Shown: one piece after another, positions 18,027 through 27,999 of the stretch
Numbering within the stretch: the first letter of the stretch is position 1
How the letters are laid out: each line of letters opens with the position of its first letter
The notes under the pieces: generated by a model
Seen by the model: only the letters and a program-made list of their open reading frames with translations
Told to the model about the DNA's origin: nothing
The model's database searches: none
Assembly (NCBI GenBank): GCA_041665505.1
Contig: JBAYIR010000001.1
Coordinates: 147,108-211,107 of the forward strand
Length of the DNA stretch: 64,000 nucleotides
From: Patescibacteria group bacterium
Lineage (GTDB): Bacteria; Patescibacteriota; Patescibacteriia; UBA1558; GWA2-36-10
Direction of reading: 5' to 3'
Translations under genes and position numbers: made by a program

Positions 18027-19295
18027 ATGGATCAGTTTAGTACTAACAATCAGCCAGTAGATAAAAATAAAAAATCTTGGTGGAAAAAAGCAGCTAAATT
18101 TTACGCCAGTATTTTTTTGTTAGCGATATTTTTTGTAATTGGTATAGTAGTAGGCATTCAATATAGTGAACCACAAGATTCTAAACAAGTATTAGATCAA
18201 ACTTCTCAAGAATTAAAAAATATATTTTCTAAACAAGATAATATAGACACAAGTTTGTTTGAAGAGGTTTGGAATGTATTGCACAACGAATATTTGGATA
18301 AAGCTAATATTAATGATCAGGATTTATTTTATGGGGCTATTTCCGGTATGGTAGATGCTTTAGGAGATCCTCATACTATGTTTTTTGATCCAAAATTGAC
18401 TAGAGAATTTACTCAAGAGCTAGAAGGTAGTTTTTCCGGTATTGGGGCAGAAATTGGCTTGCGTGACGGTTATTTGGTGGTTATAGCTGCTTTGGCTGGC
18501 ACTCCAGCTGAGCAGGCTGGGCTCAAATCAGGCGATAGAATTTTAGCGGTTGATGGTAAAGATATGGCTGGCATTAGTTCTAGTGAAGCAGTAACTTATA
18601 TCAGAGGAGAAAGAGGTACAGAAGTAATTTTGACTATACTGCCAAAGAATTCCGAAACATCCAAACAGCTTACTATAGTTAGAGAGAAGATTGATATCCC
18701 TAGTGTGGTTTACAAAACAGAAGATAATATTGCTATTATAGAAATTAGTAATTTCAATGACGATACAGATGAGCGTTTGGCCAAAGTTGCTCAGCAAATA
18801 ATCAATGATAATCCCAGTGGTGTGATTATTGATCTGAGAAATAATCCCGGTGGTTATCTATCTACAGCGGTAGAGGTGGCTAGCTATTGGTTGGAACCAG
18901 AGCAAGTAGTAGTCAGAGAGACTTTTTCTGATAAGCGTAAAGATCAAGATTATAAAGCACTTAAAAGAAATAGTTTAGCACATTTTAAAACAGTGGTATT
19001 GGTCAATGAAGGTTCAGCTTCAGCTTCAGAAATTTTGGCTGGTGCTTTGCAAGATTATAATCTGGCCCAGATTGTCGGTACGACGACTTTTGGTAAAGGC
19101 TCAGTCCAACAATTAATGGATTTAAAAGATAAATCTTCGGTTAAAATAACTGTAGCTAAATGGCTGACACCAAATGGTCGGACTATAGAAGGACAGGGTA
19201 TTGTGCCTGACCACAAGATAGATCTTAGTGTAGAGGATTATGAAAAAGAGTTAGACCCGCAGTTAAACAGAGCCAAAGAATTAATTTTTGAATAA
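18027..19295 (+). CDS. ctpA: Carboxy-terminal processing protease (S41, PDZ-containing)
   Basis: An N-terminal TM helix, a PDZ domain (GLKSGDRILAVDGKDMAG) and an S41 core (LVNEGSASASEILAGALQD) are present. Confidence 0.85.
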   Translation: MDQFSTNNQPVDKNKKSWWKKAAKFYASIFLLAIFFVIGIVVGIQYSEPQDSKQVLDQTSQELKNIFSKQDNIDTSLFEEVWNVLHNEYLDKANINDQDLFYGAISGMVDALGDPHTMFFDPKLTREFTQELEGSFSGIGAEIGLRDGYLVVIAALAGTPAEQAGLKSGDRILAVDGKDMAGISSSEAVTYIRGERGTEVILTILPKNSETSKQLTIVREKIDIPSVVYKTEDNIAIIEISNFNDDTDERLAKVAQQIINDNPSGVIIDLRNNPGGYLSTAVEVASYWLEPEQVVVRETFSDKRKDQDYKALKRNSLAHFKTVVLVNEGSASASEILAGALQDYNLAQIVGTTTFGKGSVQQLMDLKDKSSVKITVAKWLTPNGRTIEGQGIVPDHKIDLSVEDYEKELDPQLNRAKELIFE

Positions 19296-19296
19296 T

Positions 19297-19746
19297 ATGA
19301 AAGTAATACTTACTGAAAATATAAAATCATTAGGTAATAAAGGAGACATTAAAGATGTTTCTGATGGCTATGCTATTAATTTTTTAATTCCTCAAGGAAA
19401 AGTAGTATTGGCTAGCCCAGAAAATATAGCTAGTTGGCAGGCAGAAAAAAATAGAGACGTGGCCAAAGTAGAAGCTAGACAAGATGAATACCATAAAATA
19501 ATTCATACTCTAAATAAACAAAGTTTATTTTTTGTGGCCAAAGTATCTGAAAAAAATACTCTCTTTAAGGGAATATCAATTAGTGATATAATAGCCGAGG
19601 TAAAGAATAAATTTAATTTAGATATTTCTGATCATTGGTTTGTTAAAGCTAGCTTACTCAAAGAATTAGGCAGACATAGTGTATTTTTAAGACTACCAAA
19701 CAATCATTTGATTAGCTTTTTTGTTAATATCGGTCCAGCTAAATAA
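19297..19746 (+). CDS. rplI: 50S ribosomal protein L9
   Basis: The protein begins MKVILTENIKSLGNKGDIKDVSDGYAINFLIPQGKVV. The start is moved to the ATG at 19297. Confidence 0.85.
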   Translation: MKVILTENIKSLGNKGDIKDVSDGYAINFLIPQGKVVLASPENIASWQAEKNRDVAKVEARQDEYHKIIHTLNKQSLFFVAKVSEKNTLFKGISISDIIAEVKNKFNLDISDHWFVKASLLKELGRHSVFLRLPNNHLISFFVNIGPAK

Positions 19747-19761
19747 TATATAAATAATATC

Positions 19762-21369
19762 ATGGCTAAAACCAAATACATTTTTATAACCGGCGGTGTA
19801 TGCTCAGGATTAGGCAAGGGAATTGCCTCTGCTTCTATCGGAGCAATACTGAAATCAGCCGGTTATTCTGTTTTTACTAGTAAATTGGATCCTTATCTCA
19901 ATATTGATCCAGGTACTATGAGTCCTTATCAGCACGGAGAAGTATTTGTGACAGATGATGGTACAGAAACAGATTTAGATTTGGGTCATTATGAGAGATT
20001 TATTGATACCAATCTTTCTAAGCTGTCCAATCTAACTACTGGTAGAGTTTATGACAAAGTTTTAAAAGGTGAAAGAACAGGAGCTTATCTTGGTAAGACT
20101 ATTCAAATTGTGCCCCATATTACCAATGAAATAAAAGCTTATATCCATAAGGCAGCTACAGAATCAAAGGCAGATTTTCTTTTGACAGAAATAGGCGGGA
20201 CAGTTGGCGATATAGAAGGTGAGCCGTTTTTGGAAGCACTAAGACAGTTTCATAATGAAATGGGAGATGAAAATGTCATGTTTGTGCATTTGACACTTTT
20301 GCCATATCTTTCCGCTTCTCGGGAATTAAAAACCAAACCAACTCAGATGTCGGTGCGAGAATTGCATAGACGAGGTATTCAGCCAGATATCATACTAGCT
20401 CGTTCTGATTTAAAGATTGAAAAAGAAGAGCTAAACAAAATTGCCATGTTTGCCGATGTTAACCCCAAGGCAGTTATTCCTGCTTTGACGGTTAGCAGTA
20501 TTTATGAAGTGCCATTGCTTTATGAAAAAAATAGTCATATTTCAGATATTATTTTTGATAAATTAAAATTACCAAAGAGAAAACCTAAATTAGAAGAATG
20601 GGAAGCTTTGGTTAAAAAAATTAAAACCACTAGCAAAAAATTACCAATTGCCTTGGTTGGCAAATACAATGAAAATATTGACGCTTATATCAGTGTAGTA
20701 GAAGCCTTAAAAGCCGCTTGCTATCACAATGGAGTAAAGCTTGATTTGGTTTGGATACATTCTGGAAAATTGGAAAAAGGTGATAAAAAAGAATTGGCTA
20801 AATTGAAAAAAGCAGCTGGTATTGTTGTGCCAGGTGGTTTTGGTAGTCGAGGAGTGGAAGGTAAAATTATGGCGGCCAAATATGCCAGAGAAAACAAAAA
20901 ACCATATTTGGGTCTTTGTTTGGGCATGCAGGTAGCCACCATTGAATTTGCTCGTCATATTTTGGGTACCAAAGAGGTCAATTCAACTGAGTTTGATAAA
21001 AATACCAAAAATCCAGTAATTCACTTTTTACCTGGTCATAGTGATGAAGAAGACAAGGGTGGCACACTGAGGTTGGGCGCTTATCCTTGTGTTTTGGAAA
21101 AAGATTCTCTGAGCTACAAAGCTTATGGTGTGAATAAAATTTCTGAGCGTCATAGACATAGATATGAATTCAATAATGATTATTTAGAAGTTTTGGCCAA
21201 AGGCGGTATGCGTTTTGCCGGATTTTCACCAGATAAAAAATTGGTAGAAATAATAGAATTAAAAGATCACCCTTATTTTGTAGCTTCTCAATTTCATCCA
21301 GAGTTTAAGAGTAGACCACTAAGACCGCATCCATTATTTCGAGATTTTATCAAAGCAGCTTTGAAATAA
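19762..21369 (+). CDS. pyrG: CTP synthase
   Basis: MAKTKYIFITGGVCSGLGKGI... The GATase domain carries GLCLGMQ. Confidence 0.95.
   Translation: MAKTKYIFITGGVCSGLGKGIASASIGAILKSAGYSVFTSKLDPYLNIDPGTMSPYQHGEVFVTDDGTETDLDLGHYERFIDTNLSKLSNLTTGRVYDKVLKGERTGAYLGKTIQIVPHITNEIKAYIHKAATESKADFLLTEIGGTVGDIEGEPFLEALRQFHNEMGDENVMFVHLTLLPYLSASRELKTKPTQMSVRELHRRGIQPDIILARSDLKIEKEELNKIAMFADVNPKAVIPALTVSSIYEVPLLYEKNSHISDIIFDKLKLPKRKPKLEEWEALVKKIKTTSKKLPIALVGKYNENIDAYISVVEALKAACYHNGVKLDLVWIHSGKLEKGDKKELAKLKKAAGIVVPGGFGSRGVEGKIMAAKYARENKKPYLGLCLGMQVATIEFARHILGTKEVNSTEFDKNTKNPVIHFLPGHSDEEDKGGTLRLGAYPCVLEKDSLSYKAYGVNKISERHRHRYEFNNDYLEVLAKGGMRFAGFSPDKKLVEIIELKDHPYFVASQFHPEFKSRPLRPHPLFRDFIKAALK
21343..21369 (+). repeat. 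Direct repeat copy 1 (pyrG last 8 codons plus stop)
   Basis: GATTTTATCAAAGCAGCTTTGAAATAA. It is 24/27 identical to 21989-22015. Confidence 0.7.
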
Positions 21370-21373
21370 GTCT

Positions 21374-21988
21374 ATGAAAAATTTCAGAAATCAAGTAGGT
21401 CACGGCGAAGTTATCCAAATGCTTATAGTATCAGCAATAATAGGATCTATTTTTATAGCGGGCACTTATTTGTGGCAAGAAGTAAAAAATCAAAAATACA
21501 TAAATGAATTGATAGCCAAAATTGATAATATTTCCAAGATTATAGAAGTAGAAGAGATGAAAGATGAAGGTTATCAGTTGTTAGATAATGTATGTAATAC
21601 TGATCAATGTCTTTTTATTCATCCAAAGTATAATAACGTTTATGGTGTCGGCTATTTAACTGGTTATTATACTGAGTATTTAGATAAATTTTTTGGAGAT
21701 GAAAAATCTTGTGATTCCTTTACTATCACTGACGGAAATCAAGAGCTAATAAGTACAGTTATTGATATGGTAGATTCCGGAAATGCAATTTATCATAAAA
21801 ACGAGCTAGGTCAACCAATTATTAATTTTTCCTTAACACATTTGAGTGAAGATCAAAAAAATATTTTTTTAAATTCCACTGAAGATAATCCGGTCGAAGT
21901 CATTGTGTCAAAAACATACGACGAAAGGGCACCTTATTATCTTTGCTTTACTCAAATGGATATAATATCTATAAGAGAACCAAGATAA
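21374..21988 (+). CDS. Hypothetical membrane-anchored protein (204 aa)
   Basis: An N-terminal hydrophobic helix (MLIVSAIIGSIFIAGTYLW) is present. No family is recognised. The gene is flanked by the 27-bp duplication of the pyrG 3' end. Confidence 0.5.
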   Translation: MKNFRNQVGHGEVIQMLIVSAIIGSIFIAGTYLWQEVKNQKYINELIAKIDNISKIIEVEEMKDEGYQLLDNVCNTDQCLFIHPKYNNVYGVGYLTGYYTEYLDKFFGDEKSCDSFTITDGNQELISTVIDMVDSGNAIYHKNELGQPIINFSLTHLSEDQKNIFLNSTEDNPVEVIVSKTYDERAPYYLCFTQMDIISIREPR

Positions 21989-22015
21989 AAATTTCATTAA
22001 AGCAGCTTTAAAATA
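21989..22015 (+). repeat. Direct repeat copy 2 (relic pyrG 3' end, reads NFIKAALK*)
   Basis: AATTTCATTAAAGCAGCTTTAAAATAA lies immediately after the 204-aa ORF stop. The terminator hairpin follows at 22022-22044. Confidence 0.7.
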
Positions 22016-22021
22016 AATTAA

Positions 22022-22044
22022 ACACTCCGAAAGGGGTGTTTTTT
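22022..22044 (+). terminator. Intrinsic terminator (probably the ancestral pyrG terminator)
   Basis: ACACTCC-gaaa-GGGGTGT is followed by TTTTT. Confidence 0.65.
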
Positions 22045-22115
22045 ATGGTATATTGTATATTTGTTAGTAGTCGTAGTATAATTATTACTATAATAATTAA
22101 ATTAAGGAGGTAAAT

Positions 22116-22883
22116 ATGTCAGAGGAATTACTTAATAACAAATGGGCTTGGAAAAATCCAGCCAACATTATGAAAATATTGGCTTTACTACTTTTGGCAG
22201 TAGTAATTTTGGCAGCAATTTTTAGAGAGCGTTTTGTTACTCCACCAATGTGGCAGGTATCAGTTGTTGGTAGAGGAGAGGTAGCTTATACACCTGATAT
22301 TGCCAAAGTAAATATTGGCGTTCAGGTAGATAAAGCTGCGGCCGCTGATGCTGCTTTAAAGCGTCTTAATGAGACTGTGGACAAAACTATAGAGGCTATT
22401 AGCAAATTGGGTATAGATAAAAAAGATATTCAAACCCAGAATTATTCGCTATATCCAGAATATAATTATATAGAAAATAATTCATCCATTGCTGGTTATA
22501 GTGCCAATCAAGGTCTGACTATAACTATTAGAAATATTTCTGAAGAAGCAGATTTGGTTAGCAAAGTCATAGGTGCTGCTACTTCAGCTGGGGCTAATCA
22601 GATAAATAATGTCAGTTTTGAAGCTTCTAATTTGGAAACATTAAAACAAGAAGCTAGAATAAAAGCTATTGCTGATGCTAAAAGCAAAGCAGTTCAACTT
22701 TCTTCAGCTGTTGGCATTAAACTGGATAAGATAGTTGGTTGGTGGGAAAATTTTGTTCAATCACCTGACACCTATTATCCTTATTATGATGGCAAAGGCG
22801 GAGCTGGTGCTGATCAAGCTAATATACCGAGTGGAGGATATACTTTGATTGTTGATATGAATTTAAGCTATCAAATTAAATAA
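22116..22883 (+). CDS. SIMPL-domain protein (DUF541/BP26-like)
   Basis: An N-terminal TM helix is present. The segments TPDIAKVNIGVQV...ALKRLNETVDKTIEAISKLGIDKKDIQTQNYSLYPEY are typical of the SIMPL family. An RBS AAGGAGG precedes the gene. Confidence 0.7.
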   Translation: MSEELLNNKWAWKNPANIMKILALLLLAVVILAAIFRERFVTPPMWQVSVVGRGEVAYTPDIAKVNIGVQVDKAAAADAALKRLNETVDKTIEAISKLGIDKKDIQTQNYSLYPEYNYIENNSSIAGYSANQGLTITIRNISEEADLVSKVIGAATSAGANQINNVSFEASNLETLKQEARIKAIADAKSKAVQLSSAVGIKLDKIVGWWENFVQSPDTYYPYYDGKGGAGADQANIPSGGYTLIVDMNLSYQIK

Positions 22884-22889
22884 CAAAAA

Positions 22890-22926
22890 AGACCCTAGTT
22901 GCTAGAAAGCAGTTAGGGTCTTTTTG
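22890..22926 (+). terminator. Intrinsic terminator after the SIMPL gene
   Basis: AGACCCTA...TAGGGTCT stem is followed by TTTTG. Confidence 0.6.
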
Positions 22927-22946
22927 TTTGTTTAAAAATATTTAGC

Positions 22947-23867
22947 TTAGATTTTTTTGGGGAAAATAACTGATAAAATCATAGACGAACACAGAGCAAA
23001 CATAATTATACCAAAAGAAATTAAAGATGATATATGGACTCCAAATATTCCGGAGAGCATTTTTATGCCAATAAATAATAAGATAAAAGCTAAGCCTTTT
23101 TGTAGATGATGAAAACGATGTAAAATATTTTCAATTAAAAAGAATAGAGCCCTTAGTCCCATAATAGCAAAAATGTTGGAGGTAAAAACAATAAATAGAT
23201 TTTGGGAAATGGAGAATACCGCTGGGATAGAGTCAACAGCAAAGATTATATCAGTGGCTTCTATAAGTAGCATCACTAAAAACAAAGATGTAAACATAAA
23301 TTTACCATTTTCACGACAGAAAAATTTGCCGTTATGATGGTTGACACTAAAAGGTAGATGTTTACGAGCCAATTTTATAATTTTATTATTATTAAAATCA
23401 ACATGCTCTTCTTTTTTATCGCGTAATAATTTGAAACCAGTGTAGAGTAATATAGCGCCAAAGATATACAAGACCCAATAAAATTGGTGAATAATATAAG
23501 CACCAACCCCAATAAAAATTGCTCGAAAAATTATCGCCCCCATAATACCCCAAAATAAAACTCGGTGGTGGTATTTTTCTTCTAATTTAAAATAATTAAA
23601 AATCAGCATTATTACAAAAAGATTATCCACTGATAACATTTTTTCGGTTACATAAGCGCTCATAAATTGGGCAGCCATTTCTTGGCCCATATATAAGAAT
23701 ATTAAGAAACCAAAGATAATAGAAATTGCTATCCAAAAAAGTGATTGACTGAGAGCGGCTTTAAATTCTACCCTGTGACTTTTTCTATTAAAATAACCAA
23801 GGTCAATGATTAGAAAAATAATAATCACTGCCCCAAAAAGAATAAATAATTTTGTTTGGATGTCCAT
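22947..23867 (-). CDS. TerC-family integral membrane protein
   Basis: The conserved SVDNLFV motif is present and the protein is polytopic. Confidence 0.7.
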   Translation of the reverse strand: MDIQTKLFILFGAVIIIFLIIDLGYFNRKSHRVEFKAALSQSLFWIAISIIFGFLIFLYMGQEMAAQFMSAYVTEKMLSVDNLFVIMLIFNYFKLEEKYHHRVLFWGIMGAIIFRAIFIGVGAYIIHQFYWVLYIFGAILLYTGFKLLRDKKEEHVDFNNNKIIKLARKHLPFSVNHHNGKFFCRENGKFMFTSLFLVMLLIEATDIIFAVDSIPAVFSISQNLFIVFTSNIFAIMGLRALFFLIENILHRFHHLQKGLAFILLFIGIKMLSGIFGVHISSLISFGIIMFALCSSMILSVIFPKKI

Positions 23868-24091
23868 AATAATAATTTTTTGTTAGGTGTTATATTTAAA
23901 AGTATAAATAAAAACCGGTCAGACCGGTTATAATTAATGTTGGCTCATAGCTTGAAAGCGCTTTTTAATAAAGACCTACCGCTTTTTTGCTCCTCAACAT
24001 TCAAGGTTTAATTATAATAACAAATAAGCAATTAGTGCGCAAGTATAAAATAAGTGTAGCGTGGCTCACGTGTAAGGATGTGATATGAAAG

Positions 24092-24781
24092 TTAAAAAAG
24101 TGCTTCTATTATTTCAAGGGCTTTTCTATTTGGCTGGTCAGTAATAATTTTTTTAGCATCGGTAATCGTCATCCATTTTGTGTTATGGAATTCTTTGGAG
24201 TCAACATTAAAATTGACACCGTCGGTTTCCATTCCATACCAAATATCGTAATGAGTCTTACAGGGCTGCACTTTATTTTCAATAGGAGTAATTGTGAGTA
24301 AAAATGGTAGTGGCAACTCTGAAAAATGATTCCTTACTCCAAGTTCTTCATCTATCTCTCGATTTAGTGTTTCCAAAAGTTCTTCACCTTTATCAATGTG
24401 TCCGCCGGGTGAAAGCCAAAGACCAGATTTTTTGTGATGAACAATAAAAACTTGTTTAGTCTTGGGGTTGTAAGGCAAAAAGTACGCGCAGAAATGAGTT
24501 TGTGGATTTTCATCTCTTGTGAAAACGCCTGCTTCTAATCTTTTTAAAAAACTTAAATGAGTCTGTTTGCTATCACAAATTGGGAGATTTATGATTTTTG
24601 TTATTTGGTCGTATAGCATATTTTTTAACTTATTATAATTTAAGTATACCAAAAAATCGCCTTTAGGGCGATTTTTTAGATGTTGGCTCCCCTTCGTGGA
24701 AGAGTTCAGAACTCTTAACTGGGTTAGCATTAAAAGCGAACTTGAATTTAGTGGCATATTAAATCTTTTTACTGTGCCCAT
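24092..24781 (-). CDS. Nudix hydrolase
   Basis: A perfect Nudix box is present: GHIDKGE-x7-REIDEELGV. Confidence 0.75.
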   Translation of the reverse strand: MGTVKRFNMPLNSSSLLMLTQLRVLNSSTKGSQHLKNRPKGDFLVYLNYNKLKNMLYDQITKIINLPICDSKQTHLSFLKRLEAGVFTRDENPQTHFCAYFLPYNPKTKQVFIVHHKKSGLWLSPGGHIDKGEELLETLNREIDEELGVRNHFSELPLPFLLTITPIENKVQPCKTHYDIWYGMETDGVNFNVDSKEFHNTKWMTITDAKKIITDQPNRKALEIIEALF

Positions 24782-25335
24782 AACCTCTCGGTAAAATCAG
24801 ATAATTTTTCTGATAATGGCTCAATTCTTTTTAACCCATTCTTTATGATTGTTGGAGTTATTTTTAACTTTCTGAAATTTATCAGGCCATCAATTTTATT
24901 TGTTTTTACACTAACTCTTACATAACCATCTTTATCAAGAGTATACCATTTGGCGTGTGCTATTTTATTTCTCAAGACACATAAGTTATCAAGTTTATTT
25001 CTAAATTCTTTAATTTGAAGCAATTTTTGTTCTTTTCTCTTCTCCGCACAACATACTAATGGATAAACCAAATCATAGAAAAGTTCAATTTTTGATGAAA
25101 AATCTAAATTTTTTAATACCGCATATCCAGTGTCGTGTGAACCGTGACCCAATAATTCGGCAATTTCAATATCAAGTGTATGTTCGAGATTGCTGAATTC
25201 TATTAGGAATTTACCGATAAGAGGTGCATACTTATCTCTTTTTTTATACATCAAATCTTCATCAATATAATCATATTGGTCCAATCTTTCCAATTTTGTT
25301 TCTAAATCATTTTTGGGCTTAGCTCTTTTTTTCAT
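24769..25335 (-). CDS. HEPN-like protein (Rx4H motif), possible Abi/RNase
   Basis: The C-terminal LRNKIAHAKW matches the HEPN Rx4-6H signature. The gene overlaps the Nudix gene by 13 nt, so the two are co-transcribed. Confidence 0.4.
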   Translation of the reverse strand: MKKRAKPKNDLETKLERLDQYDYIDEDLMYKKRDKYAPLIGKFLIEFSNLEHTLDIEIAELLGHGSHDTGYAVLKNLDFSSKIELFYDLVYPLVCCAEKRKEQKLLQIKEFRNKLDNLCVLRNKIAHAKWYTLDKDGYVRVSVKTNKIDGLINFRKLKITPTIIKNGLKRIEPLSEKLSDFTERLWAQ

Positions 25336-25395
25336 AAGTGGCTTAATTTATTGTATTTTAACATAACTTAGTGTAAAGTAAAGTAAATTAGTAAT

Positions 25396-26667
25396 ATGAC
25401 TGTGCAGAAAAAAGAAACGTTTAAATACGAAGAAAAATCATACTATAAGCCTTTTGATTATATAAATAAAGACCTTGATTTGCTATTTATACTTATTTTC
25501 ATTGAAGAATTCAAGAGACAGAATAACGAACTTAACTTTGGCAATTTCTTTAAGGGTAATTACTGGGACATTGACCAAGTCAACGACGAGGTTATGGATA
25601 CAAATGATTATCAATCTGTGTCCGATATGGTACTTGAACAAGCCCTCTTCATCTTTGAGGATATAAGAATAGGTAAAATTATTGAAGTTGGCATTGATAA
25701 TACTGATGAATCTATTAAAGATTTACTTGTTGAAGTTGCAAAAATAGGGCCAGAGAATGCCAAAAAAGATGCACCAAACTATTATTATCCTTTTGAACAA
25801 CTATTTTTTATCGCTAACCAAGAACGAGAGGTAAGGCTAAAACAATTAGAACAAAATCCCGATTTAGATATAGGGATATTCTTAAAAGATAAAAGCGTCT
25901 TTTTCACTAAAGAGCACGGCTATTTCCGCGCCCTCCAACCTTTCATTATTGATATTCCGACACATATATTGATTAGGGTTAAATATAACGCAACAAAAAT
26001 AAAAGAAATTGAAAAAGAAATTTTTGATTATTTAGAAGATTTTTCTAATGATAAATATATAGAAAAATTGCCTCGCTATCAGGAAAAAAGATTGTATTTT
26101 GCTCAACAAATTGAAAATTTTTATCGTTATGTGAGCCGATTAAATTTAATTGGCGATACTATAAATATACCTTTTACCATTCTTAATGAGAGTGGTTTTG
26201 AAACAGTAAAAATACTTAGATTTTTAGAATTAAAAGAAGTTATAAAGATAAGATGGTCTGATGAAGGTTCTTGGAAGGTTCAATTTACTAAACTACCAAT
26301 TACTCCAGAAAGTTTATTGGGTATAAAATCAGAAAATGCTAAAACTTATACCAGTCTTAAGTCTGGCTTAGCTTATGATGAAACTAGCTCCACATTAACT
26401 ATTGGCGAATATAATATAAAAATAAATGGTCCAGACCAAAAAGATTTTATTAGAATTATTTTTAAGAATCAAAAAGAACTTAATAAAGAGTGGTTTTTTT
26501 CAGAAATTTGCGAGATATTTGACCCTGCGATGGATAATAATGATAAGAAGTTCTATAATGCGTCCTATCAGGTCAATCTAAAAATTGCTCAAAAAACTCT
26601 AATAAAAGATTTCCTATTAACAACAAAACATAGTGTTAGGGTTAATCCAAAATATATAAACAGCTAA
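25396..26667 (+). CDS. Hypothetical protein (423 aa)
   Basis: The ORF is long and AT-rich with no recognised family. A terminator hairpin plus TTTTTT lies at about 26686-26720. Confidence 0.5.
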   Translation: MTVQKKETFKYEEKSYYKPFDYINKDLDLLFILIFIEEFKRQNNELNFGNFFKGNYWDIDQVNDEVMDTNDYQSVSDMVLEQALFIFEDIRIGKIIEVGIDNTDESIKDLLVEVAKIGPENAKKDAPNYYYPFEQLFFIANQEREVRLKQLEQNPDLDIGIFLKDKSVFFTKEHGYFRALQPFIIDIPTHILIRVKYNATKIKEIEKEIFDYLEDFSNDKYIEKLPRYQEKRLYFAQQIENFYRYVSRLNLIGDTINIPFTILNESGFETVKILRFLELKEVIKIRWSDEGSWKVQFTKLPITPESLLGIKSENAKTYTSLKSGLAYDETSSTLTIGEYNIKINGPDQKDFIRIIFKNQKELNKEWFFSEICEIFDPAMDNNDKKFYNASYQVNLKIAQKTLIKDFLLTTKHSVRVNPKYINS

Positions 26668-26886
26668 GCCAACTTAGACCATTGATTTGATAACCTGTAG
26701 GTATAACAACCTACGGGTTTTTTATGCAGGAAATTGGCACAGACAAAAATATAGATACAAATCTTAAAATTAAAGACCTTCCTCTTGAGGATGGGCAGAA
26801 TTTGGTTAATGTTTTTGTTTGGCTTATCCAAGAAGATAAGAAGCAAAACCCTGAATTTTATCAATTTAATAAGCAAGAATAAATAT

Positions 26887-27999
26887 ATGATTGACACAAT
26901 ATGCCTTTTAATTCCTAAAGAAAATATGATTTATCTCTCGGGAGTAGCTACTTGGGAACTTTATTCTAAAACCGACCAATACGAAAAATATGTACGTAAT
27001 CCTAGTAAAGCAGAAAAAGAGACTGGTAAATACTTTCCTAGACTAACTGGGTACAAAAGACGCTACTCCCAAGATGCGAATGTTCGTATAGAATTTTCGG
27101 CTCCTAAGCTACTATACTTAAACAACTTGGATGAATTAGAAGATAAGGATTTTCCGAAAATAATTGAGGTCTTACAAGAAAGATTGGAAACTATGGGAGT
27201 AAGGGTTTTTAAGGTTATTCTTGAAAATGCCTGCGTAAGTTCAGTTCATTTTTCAAAAAATATCTTACTTCAAGACGGCTATACGTCAAATCATTTAATA
27301 TCAGAAATGAGTAAAATTGACCTCCGTAAAAACTTTGATTTTGCCAAAACTAGATTTATGAATGATGGTCAGAGCCTCTATGCTCATACAACTGCTCACC
27401 AATTTGTTATTTATGACAAAATAGCCGACCTCAACAAAGACAAAAAACGAGCAATTGATAAGGAACAAACAGGTTATCAAAGAAGTCTATTTGATGAGCT
27501 AAAAAAGGAAACGCAAGAAATAATACGTTTTGAAATCAGAATAAACCACAAACAAAAATTAAATAAACTTCTTGAGAGTTTTGGTTATAGGAAAAATCCA
27601 GTTTTTAAACAAGTATTTAATTCGGAAATGAGCCAGAAAATCGTTACCGATTATTGGGTAAAGCTTATTAAAAAAAGAAATCTTGGTATTTTTTCAATAT
27701 CATTGAGCCTAAAGGATGCCCTGCAAACATTATTTTTAGCAGATAAAACACTAAAACCTAAGCAAGCGGTTTATTTACTAGGACTTTTTATGCTAGCTAG
27801 AGATGAAAATGGTATACGACAACTACGGACTATCGTTTCAAAAAGGGCACGTGATAGGACTTGGTATCGTATAGCAAATGATATGCAACTGGCTAGTGAG
27901 TTAATCACTAAAAATAAAATTAGAGATTGGGTCACACAAATCGATAAAAATTTAGAAAATTATAAACCCTATAAAAGAAAAGATTATGAAAATAAATAA
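26887..27999 (+). CDS. Hypothetical protein, possibly a replication-initiation (Rep_trans-like) protein of the mobile element
   Basis: The start is moved to the ATG at 26887 (MIDTICLLIPKE...). The family assignment is weak and by eye only. Confidence 0.45.
   Translation: MIDTICLLIPKENMIYLSGVATWELYSKTDQYEKYVRNPSKAEKETGKYFPRLTGYKRRYSQDANVRIEFSAPKLLYLNNLDELEDKDFPKIIEVLQERLETMGVRVFKVILENACVSSVHFSKNILLQDGYTSNHLISEMSKIDLRKNFDFAKTRFMNDGQSLYAHTTAHQFVIYDKIADLNKDKKRAIDKEQTGYQRSLFDELKKETQEIIRFEIRINHKQKLNKLLESFGYRKNPVFKQVFNSEMSQKIVTDYWVKLIKKRNLGIFSISLSLKDALQTLFLADKTLKPKQAVYLLGLFMLARDENGIRQLRTIVSKRARDRTWYRIANDMQLASELITKNKIRDWVTQIDKNLENYKPYKRKDYENK

Noticed and set aside
23868-24091. Possible yybP-ykoY (Mn2+) riboswitch upstream of the TerC-family gene
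   Set aside because: TerC genes are often preceded by this riboswitch, but I could not find the conserved GAGUAG-type loop motifs or a four-way-junction fold in the 220-nt leader. Only a terminator-like hairpin was seen (AACCGGTcagACCGGTT plus T-run, on the minus strand), and that is better explained as the Nudix-gene terminator. An Infernal scan is needed before any claim.
26721-26886. A 55-aa ORF (MQEIGTDKNIDTNLKIKDLPLEDGQ...) immediately after the terminator of the 423-aa gene
   Set aside because: It begins directly after a terminator T-run, with no promoter or RBS, and nothing in it is recognisable. It is left unannotated.
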